DNA from: Tepidisphaeraceae bacterium
Lineage (GTDB): Bacteria; Planctomycetota; Phycisphaerae; Tepidisphaerales; Tepidisphaeraceae
Length of the DNA: 64,000 bases
NCBI GenBank assembly: GCA_035627895.1
Contig: DASPKW010000178.1
Location: 5,033 to 69,032, forward strand
Direction of reading: 5' to 3'
The notes under the pieces are model-generated. The model saw nothing but the letters and a program-made list of their open reading frames with translations. It searched no databases and was not told the origin of the DNA. The translations under genes and the position numbers were made by a program. Numbering within the stretch: position 1 is the first letter of the stretch; every line of letters begins with the position of its first letter. This document shows positions 42,672 through 51,863 of this stretch, piece by piece.

Positions 42672-45600
42672 TCACACCGGCATCGGCTTTCGGCGGCGCT
42701 TGGGGCGGTCGTCGTCGTCCAGCGGGGGCACCAGCACCGGTTCGGCCGCGACGGGCACGCCCGGCTCGACCACCGCGATCGGGGGGGCCGCGCCGGTGTC
42801 GCCGGGGAGTTCGGGGGTCTTCCGGCGGCGGATCAGGTTGCCGATGTCGTCGAAGAAGCTGTAGGCGACGGGGGTGACCAGGAGGGTGAGGAGCAGCGCG
42901 AGCGACTGCCCGCCGATGACGACGACGGCGACGGCGCGGCGCTCTTCCGAACCCGGGCCGGTGCCGATCGCCAGCGGGAGCATGCCGGCGACGAGCGCGA
43001 GCGTAGTCATGAGGATCGGGCGGAGCCGGTCGCGGTTGCCCTCGATGATGGCCTGCGCGCGGGGCATGCCCTCGGCCCGCAGGTGGTTCATGTGGTCGAT
43101 CTGGAGGATCGAGTTCTTCTTGACGACGCCGAACAGCACCAGGATGCCCAGCGCGCTGTAGAGGTTGAGCGTGCCGTCGGTCCAGTAGAGCGAGAGCAGC
43201 GCGAACGGCACCGTCAGCGGGAGCGAGAGCAAAATCGTCAGCGGGTGGATCAGGCTCTCGTAGTTCATCGCCAGGATGATGTACATGAACACGACCGACA
43301 GCATGAACGCGGTCAGGAACTCGCCGAACGTTCGCTCGAGCTCCTTGCCTTTGCCGGCGACGGAGGTCGTGTAGGCCGACGGCATACGGAGTTCTTCGGC
43401 GGCCTTCTTGAGGGCCTCGATGCGGTCGCCCAGCGCGTAGCCCGGGGCGACGCCGGCGCGGACCGCGACCATGCGCTCGCGGTCGCCGCGGTCGATCCGC
43501 CCGGCGGTCAGGCCGCGCTTGATCGTGGCGACGTTCGACAGCGCCACCAGTTCGCCGTTGTCGCGCGGGACGTAGAGCCGCTGGATGTCGGCCTCGGCGT
43601 TGCGCTTGCCCTCGACCAGGCGGATCTGCACGTCGTAGTCGTCGTTGACCGCGTCGTCGTGGAAGCGGGTGACCTGCTCGTCGCCGCCGACCATGATGCC
43701 CAGGGCCGAGCCGATCGCGCGCATGTCGACGCCGAGCTGGGCGGCGCGCTGGCGGTCGGGCACGATCTGGAGCTCGGGCTTGTCGAGCTTGAGCGTCGTG
43801 TCGGCGTCGACGATGCCCTCGATCTTGCCCGACTTGATCATGTCGCGGAGCTGGTTGGCGTACCGGTCCAGCTCGACGAGGTCGGGCCCGCGGATCTGGA
43901 AGTCGATGTCGACCGGCGAGCCGCCGAGGCTGAACGCGGAGTAGTTGCGGATCTGCGGCCGCACGTCGCGGTACTTGGCCAGGCGCTTGCGGACGTCGGT
44001 CATGACGTCGCGCTGGGAGTAGTTGCCCTCGAACGCCTTCCCGGGCTGGAGGCGGGCGAGCCAGTAGACCCACCGGCCGAGCGACCAGGTGCGCTCCTCG
44101 TGGGGGGCGATGCTGACGTGGACCCGCGCCGAGTTGGCGGCGCCGAGCCCGAATCCGCCGCCCGACAACAGCAGGCGCACGCCGCGCACCTGCATGATCT
44201 CCTGCTCGATCACGCGCATCGCCTGGTCCATCGATTCCGGGGCGGTGCCCTCCGGGCCGGTCACGTTGATCTGGAACTCCGCCTCGTCCACGTCGCTCGG
44301 GATCCACTCCTGCTTGACCGTGCCGTACAGCGGGACGGCCGTCCACATCACGACCAGCGCGACCGCGGCGACGCCCCAGCGGAGCGTCATGCTCCAGCGG
44401 AGCATCCAGGTGTAAGCGGCGTCGATGTACTTGTAGAAGCCGGTGCGGGAGGCGCTGGCGTGGGAGGAGGCGTGATGCGGGGTGGCGTGCGATTGATGCA
44501 GAGACGACGCGGTGACGGGATGAGGGGCGGCGGCGCCCGCAGATTTGGCGGCCTCCCCCTCGCCTTGTCCCCCCTTCTCTCCCTCCCCCTTCTTCTTCGC
44601 CGCCTTCAACATCCTCGCGCTCATCATCGGCGTGAGCGTGAAGCTGACCAGGAGCGAGACCATGACCGCCACCGCGGCCGTGATGCCGAACTGGTAGAGG
44701 AAGCGCCCGGAGATCGAGCTCATGAAGCTGACCGGGATGAAGATGATCACGAGCGACAGCGTGGTCGCCAGGACGGCCAGGCCGATCTCGCGCGTCGCCT
44801 CGCGGGCGGCGTCGATCGGGGCCATGCCCTTTTCCTCGATGAACCGGAAGATGTTCTCGAGGACGACGATCGCGTCGTCGATCACGACGCCGACCATCAG
44901 CACCAGCGCGAGCATCGTCACGCTGTTGAGCGTGAAGTCGAGCGCCCACATCATGCCGAACGTCGACACGACCGACGCCGGGATGGCGACGGCCGCGATC
45001 AGCGTGCTCCGCCAGTTCCGCATGAACGCGAGCACGACTAGACACGCCAGCCCGCTGCCCGCCCACAGGTGGACGTTGATCTCGTGCAGCGCCTCGTAGA
45101 TGTACGTGCTCTGGTCGCGGATGACCTCGATCTTCACGTCGGGCGGGAGCTCGTCCTCGATCTTCTTGAGCTGCGCCTTGACCCCCTCGACCACCTCGAC
45201 CGAGTTCGCCCCGCTCTGCCGCTTGATGTCGAGGCTGACCGTGGTCAGCGGCTCGGCCTTCTCCGAATCCTTGTCCCGCTTCCACAGGCGCGCGACGCTG
45301 CGCAGCTCCTTCGTGCCGTCCTCGGCGTAGCCGACGTCCTTCACGCGGATCGGCTGGCCCCCGACCGTCTTGACGACCAGGTCGGCGAAGTCTTTCGCGT
45401 CGGTCAGCTTGCCCATCGTCCGGAGTTGCTGCTCGCGGACGTTGCCGGTGACGTTCCCGCCGGGGACGTCGGCGTTCTGGCGGACGATCGCGTCGCGGAC
45501 CGCCGTCACCGGGAGGTTGAACCCGACCAGCTTGTCCGGGTCGACCCAGACGTTGATCGCGCGGCGCGTACCGCCGGTCACCTGCACCTCGCCCACGCCG

Positions 45601-46106
45601 ACGGACCGCTCGAGCCGCTCCTTGATGACGCGCTCGGCGTACTCGGTCAGCTCGCGCCGCGTGCGCGGGCCGTAGACAGCGATGCTCATGACCGGGTCGT
45701 CGTCGTTGTTGCGCTTCTGGACGACCGGGGGGTCGATGTCTTCCGGCAATTGCCGCATGACCGAGCTGACGCGGTCGCGGACGTCCTGGGCGGCAACGTC
45801 GATGTTGCGGCTGAGCTTGAACGTGGCGATGACGAACGACTGGCCCTGCGACGAGATCGATCGCAGCTCTTCGAGCCCCTCGACCGTGTTGACGACTTCC
45901 TCGATTCGCTGGCTGACCTCGGTCTCGACGGTTTCCGGAGACGCGCCGGGCAGCGACGTGCGGATGAACAGCGTGGGCAAATCGACGCTCGGCACGCGGT
46001 CGACGCCCAGATTGAAGTAGCCGGCCGTCCCCACGACGACTAGCGACAAAATCAGCATGGTCGCGAAGACCGGGCGGCGGATACAGATTTCGGCCAGCTT
46101 CTGCAT
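42672..46106 (-). CDS. RND efflux transporter permease (AcrB/HAE1-like)
   Basis: N-terminal CIRRPVFATMLILSLVVVG. 12-TM RND layout. Conserved VVIDDAIVVLENI. Carries a low-complexity Gly/Glu/His/Ser insert in the central cytoplasmic loop. Confidence 0.9.
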   Translation of the reverse strand: MQKLAEICIRRPVFATMLILSLVVVGTAGYFNLGVDRVPSVDLPTLFIRTSLPGASPETVETEVSQRIEEVVNTVEGLEELRSISSQGQSFVIATFKLSRNIDVAAQDVRDRVSSVMRQLPEDIDPPVVQKRNNDDDPVMSIAVYGPRTRRELTEYAERVIKERLERSVGVGEVQVTGGTRRAINVWVDPDKLVGFNLPVTAVRDAIVRQNADVPGGNVTGNVREQQLRTMGKLTDAKDFADLVVKTVGGQPIRVKDVGYAEDGTKELRSVARLWKRDKDSEKAEPLTTVSLDIKRQSGANSVEVVEGVKAQLKKIEDELPPDVKIEVIRDQSTYIYEALHEINVHLWAGSGLACLVVLAFMRNWRSTLIAAVAIPASVVSTFGMMWALDFTLNSVTMLALVLMVGVVIDDAIVVLENIFRFIEEKGMAPIDAAREATREIGLAVLATTLSLVIIFIPVSFMSSISGRFLYQFGITAAVAVMVSLLVSFTLTPMMSARMLKAAKKKGEGEKGGQGEGEAAKSAGAAAPHPVTASSLHQSHATPHHASSHASASRTGFYKYIDAAYTWMLRWSMTLRWGVAAVALVVMWTAVPLYGTVKQEWIPSDVDEAEFQINVTGPEGTAPESMDQAMRVIEQEIMQVRGVRLLLSGGGFGLGAANSARVHVSIAPHEERTWSLGRWVYWLARLQPGKAFEGNYSQRDVMTDVRKRLAKYRDVRPQIRNYSAFSLGGSPVDIDFQIRGPDLVELDRYANQLRDMIKSGKIEGIVDADTTLKLDKPELQIVPDRQRAAQLGVDMRAIGSALGIMVGGDEQVTRFHDDAVNDDYDVQIRLVEGKRNAEADIQRLYVPRDNGELVALSNVATIKRGLTAGRIDRGDRERMVAVRAGVAPGYALGDRIEALKKAAEELRMPSAYTTSVAGKGKELERTFGEFLTAFMLSVVFMYIILAMNYESLIHPLTILLSLPLTVPFALLSLYWTDGTLNLYSALGILVLFGVVKKNSILQIDHMNHLRAEGMPRAQAIIEGNRDRLRPILMTTLALVAGMLPLAIGTGPGSEERRAVAVVVIGGQSLALLLTLLVTPVAYSFFDDIGNLIRRRKTPELPGDTGAAPPIAVVEPGVPVAAEPVLVPPLDDDDRPKRRRKPMPV

Positions 46107-46362
46107 GGTGTGTTGGTCAGGTCACAAGACTCGTCGTCCGGTCGGTCACGCGTTGCCGCGCTCACGCCGACTCCCGAGGAGTCGGATTCGCACCACGGGT
46201 GCGAAGTTGCGAGCGCCGCCCAACCCCGATTGACCGATCTGTATCCCCACGATCCTTCTACTTCTAACAGTCTCATCCCGTTCGTAGACGTTTGGCGAAT
46301 CCGCGTCGTCTGACGATCCGGGCCGTCGTTTAACGCTCCTCTGGACCGGCATGGGTGCATTC

Positions 46363-47862
46363 TTACGGGGTCGCGGGTCGCGGGGTCGGCCGGCTCGTCG
46401 CCCGGCGAACTTCATTGAGGGTCAGCCCGCCGGTGGCTCGAAGCAGGTCCAGGTAGCGGAACTTCCCGAGGAACTCTTCGTTGGCCTCCTCGAGCTGGGC
46501 CTGGAGCAGCACGTCCTGGGCGGTCAGGACGTCGAGCGTAATGGCGGTGCCGGCGGCCAGGCCGGCGCGGGACTGGCGGAACGCCTCGGAGGCGGCGCGG
46601 ATCTGGGCTTGGAACTCGGCCAAGCTCGCCCGGCTCGTGCGGAGGTCTTCGTACCGCGTGCGAATCTCCTGCTCGATCTGCCGGCGGAGGAGCGACTCTT
46701 CCATCGCCCGCTGGCGGAGGACCGACCACGCCCGGCGGACGTCGGCCTCGATCAGGCCGCCCGTGAACAGCGGCAAATTGACCTGGAGCAGCGCGTTCCA
46801 CTTGCTGGCGGTCTCGAAGTTCTCGCGGACGAGGAAGCCATTGATGTTGAGCGTGACGGAGGGGTAATACTCCGCGACCGCCGCGTTGACGTTGGCCCGC
46901 GCCGCCGTGACGGCCGCGACCGCCGCCCGGAGGTCTTCGCGTCGATCCCACCCGAGCTGGACGAGGGCCTCGACGGGGCCGACGTCGGCGGGAATGTCGT
47001 AGTCGTCGCGCAGGGGACCGGTGATCGTCCCGCTGGTGCCGATCAGGAATGCGAGCAGCGTGCGGGCGCTGGTCACGGACCCCTGGGCGAGCACGAGCCG
47101 GGCACGGGTCGACGCCTCCTGGGCCTGGCTCTGGGCCATCTCGAGCGTGCTGCCGATGCCGGCATCGAGGCGCGTGCGGGCGTCGCGCACGCGCTCGGTC
47201 TGGGCCTGGAGCGACTGGCGGAGGACGGCGACCGTCCGCTCGAACCGGAGCACCTGATAGTACGTGTCGGCGACCTGCAGGAGGAGCGTCGACCGCGCAT
47301 CGAGCAGCAACTGGCGGCGGAGCTCGATGCTCTGGACGGCGGCCTCGAACGACGCGAGGTCGCCGAACCCGCGGAACAGGTTCGCCGACAAATTGACCGG
47401 GGCTTCGAACCGGCGGAGGGTCTGGCCGACCTGTTTGAACCCGCCGCTGGCGCCGACCGGTCGGGCCTGACCGTTGCTGTCGGTCGTCGTCTGCCGGGGC
47501 GCATCGGATGCGTCGACCACGTTGTAGCTCGGGCCGAACGAGAGCGTCGGGAGAAAGCCGGCGAACGCCCGGTCCTTCTCGGCCCACGCCTGGACGAAAT
47601 CTTCCCCGGCGATCGCCAGCCGCTCGTTGTCCTGGTTCGCCAGCCGGAGCGCGTGGACCAGCGTCAACGGTTCCCCCGCCGCCGGCCGCTCGACCGGCCC
47701 GCCCGAGTCGGCGTCGAGGATCGACCGGTACTTGGCGACCTCGGCCTTCTGATCTACGGCGCACCCGCCGGCGACGAGCGCCAGCGCACACGCGACGAGC
47801 GCCGCGCCGCACCCGCGCCGGTCGACCGATCGTCCGAATCCTCGTCCGCCGTCTGCCCTCAT
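46363..47862 (-). CDS. TolC-like outer membrane efflux protein (lipoprotein-type leader)
   Basis: Lipobox LVAGGC. Two OEP repeats with the typical coiled helices (LSANLFRGFGD.., NLPLFTGGLIEADV). Confidence 0.85.
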   Translation of the reverse strand: MRADGGRGFGRSVDRRGCGAALVACALALVAGGCAVDQKAEVAKYRSILDADSGGPVERPAAGEPLTLVHALRLANQDNERLAIAGEDFVQAWAEKDRAFAGFLPTLSFGPSYNVVDASDAPRQTTTDSNGQARPVGASGGFKQVGQTLRRFEAPVNLSANLFRGFGDLASFEAAVQSIELRRQLLLDARSTLLLQVADTYYQVLRFERTVAVLRQSLQAQTERVRDARTRLDAGIGSTLEMAQSQAQEASTRARLVLAQGSVTSARTLLAFLIGTSGTITGPLRDDYDIPADVGPVEALVQLGWDRREDLRAAVAAVTAARANVNAAVAEYYPSVTLNINGFLVRENFETASKWNALLQVNLPLFTGGLIEADVRRAWSVLRQRAMEESLLRRQIEQEIRTRYEDLRTSRASLAEFQAQIRAASEAFRQSRAGLAAGTAITLDVLTAQDVLLQAQLEEANEEFLGKFRYLDLLRATGGLTLNEVRRATSRPTPRPATP

Positions 47863-48524
47863 CGCCCGCTCCTCCCGTTCGCCAGCGCTGGCCGCCGCGG
47901 CGCGGACTTGCCCCGTGACGGCGCGACGCGCCGCCTGTGTGCGGTCGAAGCTCCCGTCGCCCCGACGCCGCGCTCGACCCAGCGGACGATCTGCCCGGCG
48001 ACCACGTCCTGATCCCGGTCCGACTTGGGGGCGTACAGCATGATCGAGCGGATCAGCCCGGGGATGCAGACGGCGGTGATCTCGGGGTGCGGGTCGTCGA
48101 ACTCACCCGCCGCGACGCCGCGGCGGATCGTCCGCTCGATCAGCGCGACCAGCTCGCGCCGCTTGGCCTCCCACCGCGGGTGCCGCATCGTCCCGCCGGC
48201 GGCGCGGATGAGCTCGAAGAAGTGCGGGTTGGCGAACCCAAATCCGACGACCTCGCGGCAGAGCGTGCGAAGGCCCTCACGCGGCGCCGGTTCGGCGTCG
48301 GAGAACTGGGCGGCGAGCCGGTCAACAAGCTGCGCGAACCCCTCGTAGATCAGCGAATAGTACAGGTCGTCTTTAGACTGGAAGTACACGTACAGCGTCC
48401 CCTTGCCGACCGCGGCGGCGGCTGCGACGTCGTCCAGCTTCACCTTGTGGAACGGGCGGGTCGCGAACAGCCGCGCTGCGGCCCGGACGATCTGCTGGCG
48501 CTTTTTCTCGTCGGGACGTTGCAT
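47859..48524 (-). CDS. TetR-family transcriptional regulator
   Basis: IVRAAARLFATRPFHKVKLDDVAAAAAVGKGTLYVYFQSKDDLY is the TetR_N HTH. Its stop overlaps the TolC-like start by 4 nt. Confidence 0.9.
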   Translation of the reverse strand: MQRPDEKKRQQIVRAAARLFATRPFHKVKLDDVAAAAAVGKGTLYVYFQSKDDLYYSLIYEGFAQLVDRLAAQFSDAEPAPREGLRTLCREVVGFGFANPHFFELIRAAGGTMRHPRWEAKRRELVALIERTIRRGVAAGEFDDPHPEITAVCIPGLIRSIMLYAPKSDRDQDVVAGQIVRWVERGVGATGASTAHRRRVAPSRGKSAPRRPALANGRSGR

Positions 48525-48812
48525 GCGAATTCGCGGAGCGGGACGGCCGCCGGGTTGCCTCCGGGGGCCGCGGGCGTCTATGATCCAATACCGACTCGTC
48601 AGTATTGTAGACGTACCGTCGGTGCGGTCAAACGTTAGCGGGACGGACGACGATTTGCGCGAGATTTGCTAACGGATTGCACCCGTCGGAATCTGACGGT
48701 GTGGGCTCCCGCGGGCCGACCGTGGGCTGCCGCCCGCGGCTATCAAGGGAAGAGGATCGTGGACGAGCAGACCTTCACCACGCACCGCACGTTCGCGTGT
48801 AGAGAGTGCCGC

Positions 48813-50201
48813 ATGACGACTTCAGCCGACCGTAAGTGGACCGTCCGCTCGTTCGTGGCCCCCCTGCTCGTCGCCTCGCTCACCGTCGGCGGCGCGATCG
48901 CGCTGGCGGGGTGCGAGAAGAAGGTGCAGGCTGACAACGCCGCCGCGCGCCCGACGACGTTTCCCGTCACCGTCTCCCCCGTGGTGGTGCAGGACGTCAA
49001 GCGGACGGTCGACGTGGTCGGCACGCTGTTCGCCGACGAGGAGACCACCGTCTCGGCCAAGGTGCCCGGCCGGATCATCAAACTGTACAAGGACATCGGC
49101 GACGCCGTGCAGCCGGGCGAGCCGCTCGTCCAGCTCAAGCCCAACGACTACCAGCTCAACGTCGCCAAGGCGAAGCTCGCGATGGAGCAGGCGCTGGCGA
49201 AGATCGGCCTGAAGGAGTTGCCGGCGCCGGGGTACGACCCGGACAAGGTGTTGGCGAACGTGCCGTCGGTGGTAAAGGCGAAGGTCGAGGCGGAGAACGC
49301 CCAGGAGCGGCTCAACCGCAACCAGAAGTTGTTCGAGGCCAAGCCCCCGCTGATCTCAGAGGAGCGGTACGCCGACCTGCAGACGGCCCTGCGCGTGGCC
49401 AAGAGCGAGTACGACGTGGCGGCGCTGGCGGCGTCCGCGACGCTGGCCGAGGCGTGGGCGTACAAGGGCGACCTGGACATCGCCGCCCAGCGCCTCAACG
49501 ACGCGACCACCCGCGCGCCGAGCCCGGCCGACCCGAAGGACCTGGCGCCGAGCGCGTCACTACAGTCGGCCGACGCCCCGCCCGCGCCCAAGCGAGTCTA
49601 TCGTGTGACGCACCGGTACGTGAACGAGGGCGAGCTCGTGCGCGAGATCACCCCCTGCTTCCGCCTGGTCGACGACAGCCGGATCAAGTTGCGGGCGCGC
49701 GTGCCCGAGCGGTTCGTCGGTCAGATCAAGGTCGGCCAGCGCGCGACCGCGACCGTCGACGCGTGGCCCGGCGTCGAGTTCGTCGGCCAGGTCACCCGCG
49801 TCAACCCGCAGGTCGAGGAGAACAACCGCACCTTCGGGATCGAGATCCTGATCCCCAACGACGACCGGAAGCTCAAGCCCGGGTCGTTTGCCAAGGCGGC
49901 GGTCGAGACGCGGACGGACCCGAAGGTCGTCTTCGCACCTAAGTCGGCCGTGATCGTCTTCGCGGGCGTGTCGAAGGTGTTCAAGATCGGGGCCGACGAC
50001 AAGGCGACCGAGGTGCGCGTGGGCGCCGGCGACCCGCACCCGGACGACCCGAATTTGATCGAAATCACGTCCGGCCTGAAGGGCGACGAGCGCCTGGTTA
50101 CGTCCGGTGCAACCCGCTTGGCGACGGGGGTGCAGGTGAAGGTCAACGCGACCCCGGCGACGGGCCCGACGTCGCGCCCGGACGGCGGTGAGAAGAAGTA
50201 A
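48813..50201 (+). CDS. RND efflux periplasmic adaptor (membrane fusion protein)
   Basis: Lipoprotein-like leader (LAGCEKK). Lipoyl, hairpin and beta-barrel order typical of the HlyD_D23 family (VSAKVPGRIIKLYKDIGDAV.., LKPGSFAKAAV). Start at ATG 48813. Confidence 0.85.
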   Translation: MTTSADRKWTVRSFVAPLLVASLTVGGAIALAGCEKKVQADNAAARPTTFPVTVSPVVVQDVKRTVDVVGTLFADEETTVSAKVPGRIIKLYKDIGDAVQPGEPLVQLKPNDYQLNVAKAKLAMEQALAKIGLKELPAPGYDPDKVLANVPSVVKAKVEAENAQERLNRNQKLFEAKPPLISEERYADLQTALRVAKSEYDVAALAASATLAEAWAYKGDLDIAAQRLNDATTRAPSPADPKDLAPSASLQSADAPPAPKRVYRVTHRYVNEGELVREITPCFRLVDDSRIKLRARVPERFVGQIKVGQRATATVDAWPGVEFVGQVTRVNPQVEENNRTFGIEILIPNDDRKLKPGSFAKAAVETRTDPKVVFAPKSAVIVFAGVSKVFKIGADDKATEVRVGAGDPHPDDPNLIEITSGLKGDERLVTSGATRLATGVQVKVNATPATGPTSRPDGGEKK

Positions 50202-50219
50202 TCGGGCGACCGGACGCCG

Positions 50220-51686
50220 TCACGCGAGCACGTCTTTGACGATGTGCCCGTGGACGTCGGTCAGACGGAAATCCCGGCCCTGATATCGGTACGTCAACCG
50301 CTCATGGTCGAGCCCGAGGCAGTGCAGGATCGTCGCCTGCAGGTCGTGCACGTGCACCGGCTTGTCGACCACGTGGAAGCCCAGGTCGTCCGTCTGGCCG
50401 TGCGTGATGCCGGCCTTAAACCCGCCGCCCGCCATCCACATCGTGTACGCGTTGGGGTGGTGGTCGCGCCCCTGACTTCGGCCCAGCGCCGCATTCGTCT
50501 CGACCATCGGCGTGCGCCCGAACTCCCCGCCCCAGATCACCAGCGTCTCGTCCAGCATCCCCCGGACCTTGAGGTCCATCACCAGCGCGGCGGCCGCCCG
50601 GTCGGTCGCGCCGGCATTCTTCTTCGTATTGCCCGTGACATCAGAATGGGCGTCCCACCCTTCGTGGTAGATGTTGATGAACCGGACGCCCCGCTCGACC
50701 ATCCGCCGGGCGAGCAGGCACGCCCGCGCGAAGCTCGGCTTGCCCGGGTCGCACCCGTACAGGTCCAGCGTCGCCTTGGATTCGCCCTTGAGGTCCATCA
50801 GCTCGGGCGCGCTCGTCTGGAGCTTGAACGCCATCTCGTAAGCGGCCAGGCGCGTCGCGATCTCCGGGTCACCGTCGGCCGCGAGCCGCCGGCGGTTCAT
50901 CGCGGCGATCAGGTCCAGCGACTCCCGCTGCGTGGCGGCGTCGATCCCATCGGGACTCGACACGTTCAAAATCGGATCCCCGCCGTTGCGGAAGCGCACG
51001 CCGGTGTACACGGTCGGCAAAAACCCGCTCGACCAGTTCGCGGCGCCGCCGCTGATGCCGGCGCCCGTCGACATGACGACGAACGCGGGAAGGTTCTCGC
51101 TCTCGGCCCCCAGGCCGTACGTCACCCACGACCCCATGCTCGGCCGGCCCGGCTGGCCGAACCCGGTGTTGAAAAACAGCTGCGCCGGCGCGTGGTTGAA
51201 CTGGTCCGTCTTGCACGACCGGATGATGCACACGTCGTCGACGATCTTCGCGAGGCCGGGCAGCGCCTCGGAAATCTCCGCCCCGCTCTGCCCGTGTTTG
51301 GCGAATTTAAACCGCGGCCCCAGCACCGCCGCGTCCGGCCGGATGAACGCGTACCGCTGGCTCCCGTACACGCTCGGCGGCAGCGGCTTGCCCTCCATCT
51401 TCGCGAGCTCGGGCTTGTAATCGAACAGATCGAGCTGGCTCGGCGCGCCGGCCATGAACAGGTGAATGACGGCCTTGGCTTTGCCGGGCTCGTGGGGCGA
51501 CTTGGGCGCCATAACGCCCTTGGCCGACGGTGCCTGTGCTGACGCCGACCGCGCCGCTGTCCCCGTCAGGAGCGACGCGAGCGCGACCTTGCCCACGCCA
51601 ACGCCGCACTCTTTGAAAAAGTGCCGGCGGGTGGTGCGGAGCAGCGGGTGAATAGGATCGTTGTGCATCTTCATTAACCTCGACAA
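50220..51686 (-). CDS. DUF1501 domain protein (sulfatase-fold)
   Basis: TRRHFFKECGVG leader, GAPSQLDLFDYKP, WDAHSD and GRDHH. Confidence 0.85.
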   Translation of the reverse strand: MSRLMKMHNDPIHPLLRTTRRHFFKECGVGVGKVALASLLTGTAARSASAQAPSAKGVMAPKSPHEPGKAKAVIHLFMAGAPSQLDLFDYKPELAKMEGKPLPPSVYGSQRYAFIRPDAAVLGPRFKFAKHGQSGAEISEALPGLAKIVDDVCIIRSCKTDQFNHAPAQLFFNTGFGQPGRPSMGSWVTYGLGAESENLPAFVVMSTGAGISGGAANWSSGFLPTVYTGVRFRNGGDPILNVSSPDGIDAATQRESLDLIAAMNRRRLAADGDPEIATRLAAYEMAFKLQTSAPELMDLKGESKATLDLYGCDPGKPSFARACLLARRMVERGVRFINIYHEGWDAHSDVTGNTKKNAGATDRAAAALVMDLKVRGMLDETLVIWGGEFGRTPMVETNAALGRSQGRDHHPNAYTMWMAGGGFKAGITHGQTDDLGFHVVDKPVHVHDLQATILHCLGLDHERLTYRYQGRDFRLTDVHGHIVKDVLA

Positions 51687-51753
51687 CCCTTTTAGCCGCT
51701 GGGCTTGACCGGTGCGCCTGACCCTGTCGCAAACACCGGCACCGTTCTAAGCT

Positions 51754-51840
51754 GTCATCCCGAGGTACTCCGAGGGATCTGGCCCTGAACCTCGGGGCCT
51801 GGACTCTCGAGCTAGATCCTTCGGAGTACCTCAGGATGAC
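51754..51840. repeat. 87-bp palindromic element, family 3 (GTCATCC.GAG....GA.GGATCT termini)
   Basis: Arm 51754-51780 is the reverse complement of 51814-51840 with two G:U-compatible mismatches. A related copy lies at 58334-58442. Confidence 0.8.
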
Positions 51841-51863
51841 GGACCTCGTGCCTCGGAGCACAA

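Noticed and set aside
43083-46043. ORFs 43083-45041 (+, 652 aa) and 45069-46043 (+, 324 aa).
   Set aside because: They are antisense shadows of the RND permease gene.
46107-46362. The 256-bp gap between the TolC-like and RND genes, searched for a small ORF or RNA gene.
   Set aside because: Only short local hairpins are present (CCGACTCC/GGAGTCGG and TCGCACC/GGTGCGA). There is no convincing ORF, tRNA-like fold or repeat-family match.
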